In this document: positions 45,542 to 57,500 of the stretch, in pieces
Layout of the letters: each line of letters opens with the position of its first letter
Numbering within the stretch: position 1 is the stretch's first letter
Assembly: GCA_051313645.2 (NCBI GenBank)
Contig: JBNRSN020000028.1
Location: forward strand, 14,694,001-14,758,000
Origin: Centroscyllium fabricii
Lineage: Eukaryota
Length of the DNA stretch: 64,000 bases
Reading direction: 5' to 3'
The notes under the pieces: model-generated
What the model saw: only the letters and a program-made list of their open reading frames with translations
Databases searched by the model: none
What the model was told of the DNA's origin: nothing
Program-made: the position numbers and the translations under genes

Positions 45542-48500
45542 TCTTGTATCAGCAGGGTCCGTGGTGAGGAGGGGATTGACTGTGTTGTCAGTGTGTCTTG
45601 TATTAGCAGGAGTCCGTGGTGAGGAGGAGATTGAGTGTGTTGTCAGTGTGTCTTGTATTAGCAGGGGTCCGTGTTGAGGAGGCGATTGAGTTTGTTGTCA
45701 GCGTGTCTTGTATTAGCCGGAGTCCGTGTTGAGGAGGGGATTGAGTGTGTTGTCAGTGTGTCTTGTATTAGAGGAGTCCGTGGTGAGATGGGGATTGAGT
45801 GTGTTGTCACTGTGTCTTGTATTAGCAGGAGTCCGTGTTAAGGAGGAAATTGAGTGTGTTGCCAGTGGATCTTGTATTAGCAGGCTCCGTGGTGAGGAGG
45901 GGATTGAGTGTGTTGTCAGTGTGTCTTGTATCAGCAGGTGTCCGTGGTGAGGAAGGGATTGAGTGTGTTGTCATTGTGGCTTGTAGTAGCAGGAGTCCGT
46001 GGTGAGGAGGGGATTGAGCGTGTTGTCAGTGTGTCTTGTATTAGCAGGAGTCCGTGTTGAGGAGGGGATTGAGTTTGTTGCCAGTGTGTCTTGTATCAGC
46101 AGGAGTCCGTGGTGAGGAGGGGATTGACTGTGTTGTCAGTGTGTCTTGTATTAGCAGGAGTCCGTGGTGAGATGAGGATTGAGTGTGTTGCCAGTGGGTC
46201 TTGTATTAGCAGGGTACGTGGTGAGGAGGGGATTGAGTGTGTTGTCAGTGTGTCTTGTATCAGCAGGAGTCCGTGGTGAGGAGGGGATTGAGCGTGTTGT
46301 CAGTGTGTCTTGTATTAGCAGGAGTCCGTGGTGAGGAGGGGATTGAGCGTGTTGTCAGTGTGTCTTGTATTAGCAGGAGTCCGTGGTAAGGAGGGGATTG
46401 AGTGTGCTGTCAGTGTGTCTTGTATTAGCAGGGGTCCGTGGTGATGATGGGATTGAGGGTGTTGTCAGTGTGTCTTGTATTAGCAGGAGTCCGTGGTGAG
46501 GAGGAGATTGAGTGTGTTGTCAGTGTGTCTTGTATTAGCAGGGGTCCGTGTTGAGGAGGGGATTGAGTTTGTTGTCAGTGTGTCTTGTATTAGCAGGAGT
46601 CCGTGTTGAGGAGGGGATTGAGTGTGTTGTCAGTGTGTCTTGTATTAGAGGAGTCCGTGGTGAGATGGGGATTGAGTGTGTTGTCACTGTGTCTTGTATT
46701 AGCAGGAGTCCGTGTTAAGGAGGGGATTGAGTGTGTTGCCAGTGGGTCTTGTATTAGCAGGGTCCGTGGTGGGGAGGGGATTGAGTGTGTTGTCAGTGTG
46801 TCTTGTGTGAGCAGGTGTCCGTGGTGAGGAAGGGATTGAGTGTGTTGTCAGTGTGTCTTGTAGTAGCAGGAGTCCGTGGTGAGGAGGGGATTGAGCGTGT
46901 TGTCAGTGTGTCTTGTATTAGCAGGAGTCCGTGTTGAGGAGGGGATTGAGTTTGTTGCCAGTGTGTCTTGTATCAGCAGGAGTCCGTGGTGAGGAGGGGA
47001 TTGAGTGTGTTGTCAGTGTGTCTTGTATTAGCAGGAGTCCGTGGTGAGATGAGGATTGAGTGTGTTGCCAGTGGGTCTTGTATTAGCAGGGTACGTGGTG
47101 AGGAGGGGATTGAGCGTGTTGTCAGTGTGTCTTGTATCAGCAGGAGTCCGTGGTGAGGAGGGGATTGAGCGTGTTGTCACTGTGTCTTGTATTAGCAGGA
47201 GTCCGTGGTGAGGAGGTGATTGAGCGTGTTGTCAGTGTGTCTTGTATTAGCAGGAGTCCGTGGTAAGGAGGGGATTGAGTGTGCTGTCAGTGTGTCTTGT
47301 ATTAGCAGGGGTCCGTGGTGAGGAGGGGATTGAGGGTGTTGTCAGTGTGTCTTGTATTAGCAGGAGTCCGTGGTGAGGAGGGGATTGAGTGTGTTGTCAG
47401 TGTGTCTTGTAATAGCAGGAGTCCGTGGTGAGTAGGAGATTGAGTGTGTTGTCAGTGTGTCTTGTATTAGCAGGGGTCCGTGTTGAGGAGCGGATTGAGT
47501 TTGTTGTCAGTGTGTCTTGTATTAGCAGGAGTCCGTGTTGAGGAGTGGATTGAGTATGTTGTCAGTGTGTCTTGTATTAGAGGAGTCCGTGGTGAGATGG
47601 GGATTGAGTGTGTTGTCACTGTGTCTTGTATTAGCAGGAGTCCGTGTTAAGGAGGGGATTGAGTGTGTTGCCAGTGGGTCTTGTATTAGCAGGATCCGTG
47701 GTGAGGAGGGCATTGAGTGTGTTGTCAGTGTGTCTTGTATCAACAGGTGTCCGTGGTGAGGAAGGGATTGAGTGTATTGTCAGTGTGTCTTGTATCAGCA
47801 GGAGTCCGTGATGAGGAGGGGATTGAGTGTGTTGTCAGTGTGTCTTGTATTAGCAGGAGTCCGTGGTGAGATGAGGATTGAGTGTGTTGCCAGTGGGTCT
47901 TGTATTAGCAGGGTACGTGGTGAGGAGGGGATTGAGTGTGTTGTCAGTGTGTCTTGTATTAGCAGGAGTCCGTGGTGAGGAGGCGATTGAGCGTGTTGTC
48001 AGTGTGTCTTGTATTAGCAGGAGTCCGTGGTTAGGAGGGGATTGAGTGTGTTGTCAGTGTGTCTTGTATTAGCAGGTGTCCGTGGTGAGGAGGGGATTGA
48101 GTGTGTTGTCAGTGTGTCTTCTATCAGCAGGAGTCCGTGGTGAGGAGGGGATTGAGTGTGTTGTCAGTGTGTCTTGTATTAGCAGGAGTCCGTGGTGAGA
48201 TGAGGATTGAGTGTGTTGCCAGTGGGTCTTGTATTAGCAGGGTACGTGGTGAGGAGGGGATTGAGTGTGTTGTCAGTGTGTCTTGTATCAGCAGGAGTCC
48301 GTGGTGAGGAGGGGATTGAGCGTGTTGTCAGTGTGTCTTGTATTAGCAGGAGTCCGTGGTGATAAGGCGATTGAGCGTGTTGTCAGTGTGTCTTGTATTA
48401 GCAGGAGTCCGTGGTTAGGAGGGGATTGAGTGTGTTGTCAGTGTGTCTTGTATTAGCAGGGGTCCGTGGTGAGGAGGGGATTGAGTGTGTTGTCAGTGTG

Positions 48501-51500
48501 TCTTGTATCAGCAGGGTCCGTGGTGAGGAGGGGATTGACTGTGTTGTCAGTGTGTCTTGTATTAGCAGTAGTCCGTGGTGAGGAGGAGATTGAGCGTGTT
48601 GTCAGTGTGTCTTGTATTAGAGGAGTCCGTGGTGAGATGGGGATTGAGTGTGTTGTCACTGTGTCTTGTATTAGCAGGAGTCCGTGTTAAGGAGGGGATT
48701 GAGTGTGTTGCCAGTGGGTCTTGTATTAGCAGGCTCCGTGGTGAGGAGGGGATTGAGTGTGTTGTCAGTGTGTCTTGTAGTAGCAGGAGTCCGTGGTGAG
48801 GAGGGGATTAAGCGTGTTGTCAGTGTGTCTTGTATTAGAAGGAGTCCGTGTTGAGGAGGGGATTGAGTTTGTTGCCAGTCTGTCTTGTATCAGCAGGAGT
48901 CCGTGGTGAGGAGGGGATTGACTGTGTTGTCAGTGTGTCTTGTATTAGCAGGAGTCCGTGGTGAGATGAGGATTGAGTGTGTTGCCAGTGGGTCTTGTAT
49001 TAGCAGGGTACGTGGTGAGGAGGGGATTGAGTGTGTTGTCAGTGTGTCTTCTATCAGCAGGTGTCCGTGGTGAGGAGGGTATTGAGCGTGTTGTCAGTGT
49101 GTCTTGTATTAGCAGGAGTCCGTGGTGAGGAGGGGATTGAGTGTGTTGTCAGTGTGTCTTGTATTAGCAGGAGTCCGTGGTGGGGAGGAGATTGAGTGTG
49201 TTGTCAGTGTGTCTTGTATCAGCAGGAGTCCGTGGTGAGGAGGGGACTGAGTGTGTTGTCAGTGTGTCTTGTATTAGCAGGAGTCCGTGGTGAGATGAGG
49301 ATTGAGTGTGTTGCCAGTGGGTCTTGTATTAGCAGGGTACGTGGTGAGGAGGGGATTGAGTGTGTTGTCAGTGTGTCTTGTATCAGCAGGAGTCCGTGGT
49401 GAGGAGGGGATTGAGCGTGTGGTCAGTGTGTCTTGTATTAGCAGGAGTCCGTGGTGAGGAGGCGATTGAGCGTGTTGTCAGTGTGTCTTGTATTAGCAGG
49501 AGTCCGTGGTGAGGAGGGGATTGAGTGTGTTGTCAGTGTGTCTTGTATCAGCAGGAGTCCGTGGTGAGGAGGGGATTGAGTGTGTTGTCAGTGTGTCTTG
49601 TATCAGCAGGAGTCCGTGGTGAGGAGGGGATTGAGTGTGTTGTCAGTGTGTCTTGTATTAGCAGGAGTCCGTGGTGAGATGAGGATTGAGTGTGTTGCCA
49701 GTGGGTCTTGTATTAGCAGGGTACGTGGTGAGGAGGGGATTGAGTGTGTTGTCAGTGTGTCTTGTATCAGCAGGAGTCCGTGGTGAGGAGGGGATTGAGC
49801 GTGTTGTCAGTGTGTCTTGTATTAGCAGGATTCCGTGGTGAGGAGGCGATTGAGCGTGTTGTCAGTGTGTCTTGTATTAGCAGGAGTCCGTGGCGAGGAG
49901 GGGATAAAGTGTGTTGTCAGTGTGTCTTGTATTAGCAGGAGTCCGTGGTTAGGAGGGGATTGAGTGTGTTGTCAGTGTGTCTTGTATTAGCAGGGGTCCG
50001 TGGTGAGGAGGGGATTGAGTGTGTTGCCAGTGGGTCTTGTATTAGCAGGGGTCCGTGGTGAGGAGGGGATTGAGCGTGTTGTCAGTGTGTCTTGTATTAG
50101 CAGGAGTCCGTGGTGAGGAGGGGATTGAGTGTGTTGTCAGTGTGTCTTGTATTAGCAGGGGTCCGTGGTGAGGAGAGGATTGAGTGTGTTGTCAGAGTGT
50201 CTTGTATTAGCAGGAGTCCGTGGTGAGCAGGGGATTGAGTGTGTTGTCAGTGTGTCTTGTATCAGCAGGGTCCGTGGTGAGGAGGGGATTGAGTGTGTTG
50301 TCAGTGTGTCTTGTATTAGTAGGGGTCCGTGGTGAGGAGGTGATTGAGTGTGTTGTCAGTGTGCCTTGTATTAGCAGGGTCCGTGGTGAGATGGGGATTG
50401 AGTGTGTTGTCAGTGTGTCTTGTATTAGCAGGAGTCCGTGGTGAGCAGGGGATTGAGTGTGTTGTCAGTGTGTCTTGTATCAGCAGGGTCCGTGGTGAGG
50501 AGGCGATTGAGTGTGTTGTCAGTGTGTCTTGTATTAGTAGGGGTCCGTGGTGAGGAGGTGATTGAGTGTGTTGTCAGTGTGCCTTGTATTAGCAGGGTCC
50601 GTGGTGAGATGGGGATTGAGTGTGTTGTCAGTGTGTCTTCTATTAGCAGGAGTCCATGGTGAGGAGGGGATTGAGTGTGTTGCCAGTGGGTCTTGTATTA
50701 GCAGGGTCCGTGGTGAGGAAGTGATTGAGTGTGTTGCCAGTGGGTCTTGTATCAGCAGGGGTCCGTGGTGAGGGGCGGATTGAGTGTGTTGTAAGTGTGT
50801 CTTGCATTAGCAGGAGTCCGTGGTGAGGAGGGGATTGAGTGTGTTGTCAGTGTGTCTTGTATTATCAGGGGTCCGTGGTGAGGAGGGGATTGAGGGTGTT
50901 GTCAGTGTGTCTTGTATTAGCAGGAGTCCGTGGCGAGGAGGGGATTAAGTGTGTTGTCAGTGTGTCTTGTATTAGCAGGAGTCCGTGGTTAGGAGGGGAT
51001 TGAGTGTGTTGTCAGTGTGTCTTGTATTAGCAGTGGTCCGTGGTGAGGAGGGGATTGAGTGTGTTGTCAGTGTGTCTTGTATCAGCAGGGTCCGTGGTGA
51101 GGAGGGGATTGAGTGTGTTGTCAGTGTGTCTTCTATTAGCAGGAGTCCGTGGTGAGGAGGAGATTGAGTGTGTTGTCAGTGTGTCTTGTATTAGCAGGAG
51201 TCCGTGGTGAGGAGGGGATTGAGTGTGTTGTCAGTGTGTCTTGTATTAGCAGGAGTCCGTGGTGGGGAGGGGATTGAGTGTGTTGTCAGTGTGTCTTGTA
51301 TCAGCAGGAGTCCGTGGTGAGGAGGGGATTGAGTGTGTTGTCAGTGTGTCTTGTATTAGCAGGAGTCCGTGGTGAGATGAGGATTGAGTGTGTTGCCAGT
51401 GGGTCTTGTATTAGCAGGGTACGTGGTGATGAGGGGATTGAGTGTGTTGTCAGTGTGTCTTGTATCAGCAGGAGTCCGTGGTGAGGAGGGGATTGAGCGT

Positions 51501-54500
51501 GTTGTCAGTGTGTCTTGTATTAGCAGGAGTCCGTGGTGAGGAGGCGATTGAGCGTGTTGTCAGTGTGTCTTGTATTAGCAGGAGTCCGTGGTGAGGAGGG
51601 GATTGAGTGTGTTGTCAGTGTGTCTTGTATCAGCAGGAGTCCGTGGTGAGGAGGGGATTGAGTGTGTTGTCAGTGTGTCTTGTATCAGCAGGAGTCCGTG
51701 GTGAGGAGGGGATTGAGTGTGTTGTCAGTGTGTCTTGTATTAGCAGGAGTCCGTGGTGAGATGAGGATTGAGTGTGTTGCCAGTGGGTCTTGTATTAGCA
51801 GGGTACGTGGTGAGGAGGGGATTGAGTGTGTTGTCAGTGTGTCTTGTGTCAGCAGGAGTCCGTGGTGAGGAGGGGATTGAGCGTGTTGTCAGTGTGTCTT
51901 GTATTAGCAGGAGTCCGTGGTGAGGAGGCGATTGAGCGTGTTGTCAGTGTGTCTTGTATTAGCAGGAGTCCGTGGCGAGGAGGGGATAAAGTGTGTTGTC
52001 AGTGTGTCTTGTATTAGCAGGAGTCCGTGGTTAGGAGGGGATTGTGTGTGTTGTCAGTGTGTCTTGTATTAGCAGGGGTCCGTGGTGAGGAATGGATTGA
52101 GTGTGTTGCCAGTGGGTCTTGTATTAGCAGGGGTCCGTGGTGAGGAGGGGATTGAGCGTGTTGTCCGTGTGTCTTGTATTAGCAGGTGTCCGTGGTGAGG
52201 AGGGGATTGAGTGTGTTGTCAGTGTGTCTTGTATTAGCAGGGGTCCGTGGTGAGGAGAGGGTTGAGTGTGTTGTCAGAGTGTCTTGTATTAGCAGGAGTC
52301 CGTGGTGAGCAGGGGATTGAGTGTGTTGTCAGTGTGTCTTGTATCAGCAGGATCCGTGGTGAGGAGGGGATTGAGTGTGTTGTCAGTGTGTCTTGTATTA
52401 GCAGGGTCCGTGGTGAGGAGGCGATTGAGTGTGTTGTCAGTGTGTCTTGTATTAGTAGGAGTCCGTGGTGAGGAGGTGATTGAGTGTGTTGTCAGTGTGT
52501 CTTGTATTAGCAGGGTCCGTGGTGAGATGGGGATTGAGTGTGTTGTCAGTGTGTCTTCTATTAGCAGGAGTCCATGGTGAGGAGGGGATTGAGTGTGTTG
52601 TCAGTGTGTCTTGTATTAGCAGGAGTCCGTGGTGAGATGAGGATTGAGTGTGTTGCCAGTGGGTCTTGTATTAGCAGGGTAGGTGGTGAGGAGGGGATTG
52701 AGTGTGTTGTCAGTGTGTCTTGTATTAGCAGGAGTCCGTGGTGAGGAGGCGATTGAGCGTGTTGTCAGTGTGTCTTGTATTAGCAGGAGTCCGTGGTTAG
52801 GAGGGGATTGAGTGTGTTGTCAGTGTGTCTTGTATTAGCAGGTGTCCGTGGTGAGGAGGGGATTGAGTGTGTTGTCAGTGTGTCTTCTATCAGCAGGAGT
52901 CCGTGGTGAGGAGGGGATTGAGTGTGTTGTCAGTGTGTCTTGTATTAGCAGGAGTCCGTGGTGAGATGAGGATTGAGTGTGTTGCCAGCGGGTCTTGTAT
53001 TAGCAGGGTACGTGGTGAGGAGGGGATTGAGTGTGTTGTCAGTGTGTCTTGTATCAGCAGGAGTCCGTGGTGAGGAGGGGATTGAGCGTGTTGTCAGTGT
53101 GCCTTGTATTAGCAGGAGTCCGTGGTGATAAGGCGATTGAGCGTGTTGTCAGTGTGTCTTGTATTAGCAGGAGTCCGTGGTTAGGAGGGGATTGAGTGTG
53201 TTGTCAGTGTGTCTTGTATTAGCAGGGGTCCGTGGTGAGGAGGGGATTGAGTGTGTTGTCAGTGTGTCTTGTATCAGCAGGGTCCGTGGTGAGGAGGGGA
53301 TTGACTGTGTTGTCAGTGTGTCTTGTATTAGCAGTAGTCCGTGGTGAGGAGGAGATTGAGCGTGTTGTCAGTGTGTCTTGTATTAGAGGAGTCCGTGGTG
53401 AGATGGGGATTGAGTGTGTTGTCACTGTGTCTTGTATTAGCAGGAGTCCGTGTTAAGGAGGGGATTGAGTGTGTTGCCAGTGGGTCTTGTATTAGCAGGC
53501 TCCGTGGTGAGGAGGGGATTGAGTGTGTTGTCAGTGTGTCTTGTAGTAGCAGGAGTCCGTGGTGAGGAGGGGATTAAGCGTGTTGTCAGTGTGTCTTGTA
53601 TTAGAAGGAGTCCGTGTTGAGGAGGGGATTGAGTTTGTTGCCAGTGTGTCTTGTATCAGCAGGAGTCCGTGGTGAGGAGGGGATTGACTGTGTTGTCAGT
53701 GTGTCTTGTATTAGCAGGAGTCCGTGGTGAGATGAGGATTGAGTGTGTTGCCAGTGGGTCTTGTATTAGCAGGGTACGTGGTGAGGAGGGGATTGAGTGT
53801 GTTGTCAGTGTGTCTTCTATCAGCAGGTGTCCGTGGTGAGGAGGGGATTGAGCGTGTTGTCAGTGTGTCTTGTATTAGCAGGAGTCCGTGGTGAGGAGGG
53901 GATTGAGTGTGTTGTCAGTGTGTCTTGTATTAGCAGGAGTCCGTGGTGGGGAGGAGATTGAGTGTGTTGTCAGTGTGTCTTGTATCAGCAGGAGTCCGTG
54001 GTGAGGAGGGGACTGAGTGTGTTGTCAGTGTGTCTTGTATTAGCAGGAGTCCGTGGTGAGATGAGGATTGAGTGTGTTGCCAGTGGGTCTTGTATTAGCA
54101 GGGTACGTGGTGAGGAGGGGATTGAGTGTGTTGTCAGTGTGTCTTGTATCAGCAGGAGTCCGTGGTGAGGAGGGGATTGAGCGTGTTGTCAGTGTGTCTT
54201 GTATTAGCAGGAGTCCGTGGTGAGGAGGCGATTGAGCGTGTTGTCAGTGTGTCTTGTATTAGCAGGAGTCCGTGGTGAGGAGGGGATTGAGTGTGTTGTC
54301 AGTGTGTCTTGTATCAGCAGGAGTCCGTGGTGAGGAGGGGATTGAGTGTGTTGTCAGTGTGTCTTGTATCAGCAGGAGTCCGTGGTGAGGAGGGGATTGA
54401 GTGTGTTGTCAGTGTGTCTTGTATTAGCAGGAGTCCGTGGTGAGATGAGGATTGAGCGTGTTGTCAGTGTGTCTTGTATTAGCAGGAGTCCGTGGTTAGG

Positions 54501-57500
54501 AGGGGATTGAGTGTGTTGTCAGTGTGTCTTGTATTAGCAGGGGTCCGTGGTGAGGAGGGGATTGAGTGTGTTGTCAGTGTGTCTTGTATCAGCAGGGTCC
54601 GTGGTGAGGAGGGGATTGACTGTGTTGTCAGTGTGTCTTGTATTAGCAGTAGTCCGTGGTGAGGAGGAGATTGAGCGTGTTGTCAGTGTGTCTTGTATTA
54701 GAGGAGTCCGTGGTGAGATGGGGATTGAGTGTGTTGTCACTGTGTCTTGTATTAGCAGGAGTCCGTGTTAAGGAGGGGATTGAGTGTGTTGCCAGTGGGT
54801 CTTGTATTAGCAGGCTCCGTGGTGAGGAGGGGATTGAGTGTGTTGTCAGTGTGTCTTGTAGTAGCAGGAGTCCGTGGTGAGGAGGGGATTAAGCGTGTTG
54901 TCAGTGTGTCTTGTATTAGAAGGAGTCCGTGTTGAGGAGGGGATTGAGTTTGTTGCCAGTCTGTCTTGTATCAGCAGGAGTCCGTGGTGAGGAGGGGATT
55001 GACTGTGTTGTCAGTGTGTCTTGTATTAGCAGGAGTCCGTGGTGAGATGAGGATTGAGTGTGTTGCCAGTGGGTCTTGTATTAGCAGGGTACGTGGTGAG
55101 GAGGGGATTGAGTGTGTTGTCAGTGTGTCTTCTATCAGCAGGTGTCCGTGGTGAGGAGGGTATTGAGCGTGTTGTCAGTGTGTCTTGTATTAGCAGGAGT
55201 CCGTGGTGAGGAGGGGATTGAGTGTGTTGTCAGTGTGTCTTGTATTAGCAGGAGTCCGTGGTGGGGAGGAGATTGAGTGTGTTGTCAGTGTGTCTTGTAT
55301 CAGCAGGAGTCCGTGGTGAGGAGGGGACTGAGTGTGTTGTCAGTGTGTCTTGTATTAGCAGGAGTCCGTGGTGAGATGAGGATTGAGTGTGTTGCCAGTG
55401 GGTCTTGTATTAGCAGGGTACGTGGTGAGGAGGGGATTGAGTGTGTTGTCAGTGTGTCTTGTATCAGCAGGAGTCCGTGGTGAGGAGGGGATTGAGCGTG
55501 TGGTCAGTGTGTCTTGTATTAGCAGGAGTCCGTGGTGAGGAGGCGATTGAGCGTGTTGTCAGTGTGTCTTGTATTAGCAGGAGTCCGTGGTGAGGAGGGG
55601 ATTGAGTGTGTTGTCAGTGTGTCTTGTATCAGCAGGAGTCCGTGGTGAGGAGGGGATTGAGTGTGTTGTCAGTGTGTCTTGTATCAGCAGGAGTCCGTGG
55701 TGAGGAGGGGATTGAGTGTGTTGTCAGTGTGTCTTGTATTAGCAGGAGTCCGTGGTGAGATGAGGATTGAGTGTGTTGCCAGTGGGTCTTGTATTAGCAG
55801 GGTACGTGGTGAGGAGGGGATTGAGTGTGTTGTCAGTGTGTCTTGTATCAGCAGGAGTCCGTGGTGAGGAGGGGATTGAGCGTGTTGTCAGTGTGTCTTG
55901 TATTAGCAGGATTCCGTGGTGAGGAGGCGATTGAGCGTGTTGTCAGTGTGTCTTGTATTAGCAGGAGTCCGTGGCGAGGAGGGGATAAAGTGTGTTGTCA
56001 GTGTGTCTTGTATTAGCAGGAGTCCGTGGTTAGGAGGGGATTGAGTGTGTTGTCAGTGTGTCTTGTATTAGCAGGGGTCCGTGGTGAGGAGGGGATTGAG
56101 TGTGTTGCCAGTGGGTCTTGTATTAGCAGGGGTCCGTGGTGAGGAGGGGATTGAGCGTGTTGTCAGTGTGTCTTGTATTAGCAGGAGTCCGTGGTGAGGA
56201 GGGGATTGAGTGTGTTGTCAGTGTGTCTTGTATTAGCAGGGGTCCGTGGTGAGGAGAGGATTGAGTGTGTTGTCAGAGTGTCTTGTATTAGCAGGAGTCC
56301 GTGGTGAGCAGGGGATTGAGTGTGTTGTCAGTGTGTCTTGTATCAGCAGGGTCCGTGGTGAGGAGGGGATTGAGTGTGTTGTCAGTGTGTCTTGTATTAG
56401 TAGGGGTCCGTGGTGAGGAGGTGATTGAGTGTGTTGTCAGTGTGCCTTGTATTAGCAGGGTCCGTGGTGAGATGGGGATTGAGTGTGTTGTCAGTGTGTC
56501 TTGTATTAGCAGGAGTCCGTGGTGAGCAGGGGATTGAGTGTGTTGTCAGTGTGTCTTGTATCAGCAGGGTCCGTGGTGAGGAGGCGATTGAGTGTGTTGT
56601 CAGTGTGTCTTGTATTAGTAGGGGTCCGTGGTGAGGAGGTGATTGAGTGTGTTGTCAGTGTGCCTTGTATTAGCAGGGTCCGTGGTGAGATGGGGATTGA
56701 GTGTGTTGTCAGTGTGTCTTCTATTAGCAGGAGTCCATGGTGAGGAGGGGATTGAGTGTGTTGCCAGTGGGTCTTGTATTAGCAGGGTCCGTGGTGAGGA
56801 AGTGATTGAGTGTGTTGCCAGTGGGTCTTGTATCAGCAGGGGTCCGTGGTGAGGGGCGGATTGAGTGTGTTGTAAGTGTGTCTTGCATTAGCAGGAGTCC
56901 GTGGTGAGGAGGGGATTGAGTGTGTTGTCAGTGTGTCTTGTATTATCAGGGGTCCGTGGTGAGGAGGGGATTGAGGGTGTTGTCAGTGTGTCTTGTATTA
57001 GCAGGAGTCCGTGGCGAGGAGGGGATTAAGTGTGTTGTCAGTGTGTCTTGTATTAGCAGGAGTCCGTGGTTAGGAGGGGATTGAGTGTGTTGTCAGTGTG
57101 TCTTGTATTAGCAGTGGTCCGTGGTGAGGAGGGGATTGAGTGTGTTGTCAGTGTGTCTTGTATCAGCAGGGTCCGTGGTGAGGAGGGGATTGAGTGTGTT
57201 GTCAGTGTGTCTTCTATTAGCAGGAGTCCGTGGTGAGGAGGAGATTGAGTGTGTTGTCAGTGTGTCTTGTATTAGCAGGAGTCCGTGGTGAGGAGGGGAT
57301 TGAGTGTGTTGTCAGTGTGTCTTGTATTAGCAGGAGTCCGTGGTGGGGAGGGGATTGAGTGTGTTGTCAGTGTGTCTTGTATCAGCAGGAGTCCGTGGTG
57401 AGGAGGGGATTGAGTGTGTTGTCAGTGTGTCTTGTATTAGCAGGAGTCCGTGGTGAGATGAGGATTGAGTGTGTTGCCAGTGGGTCTTGTATTAGCAGGG

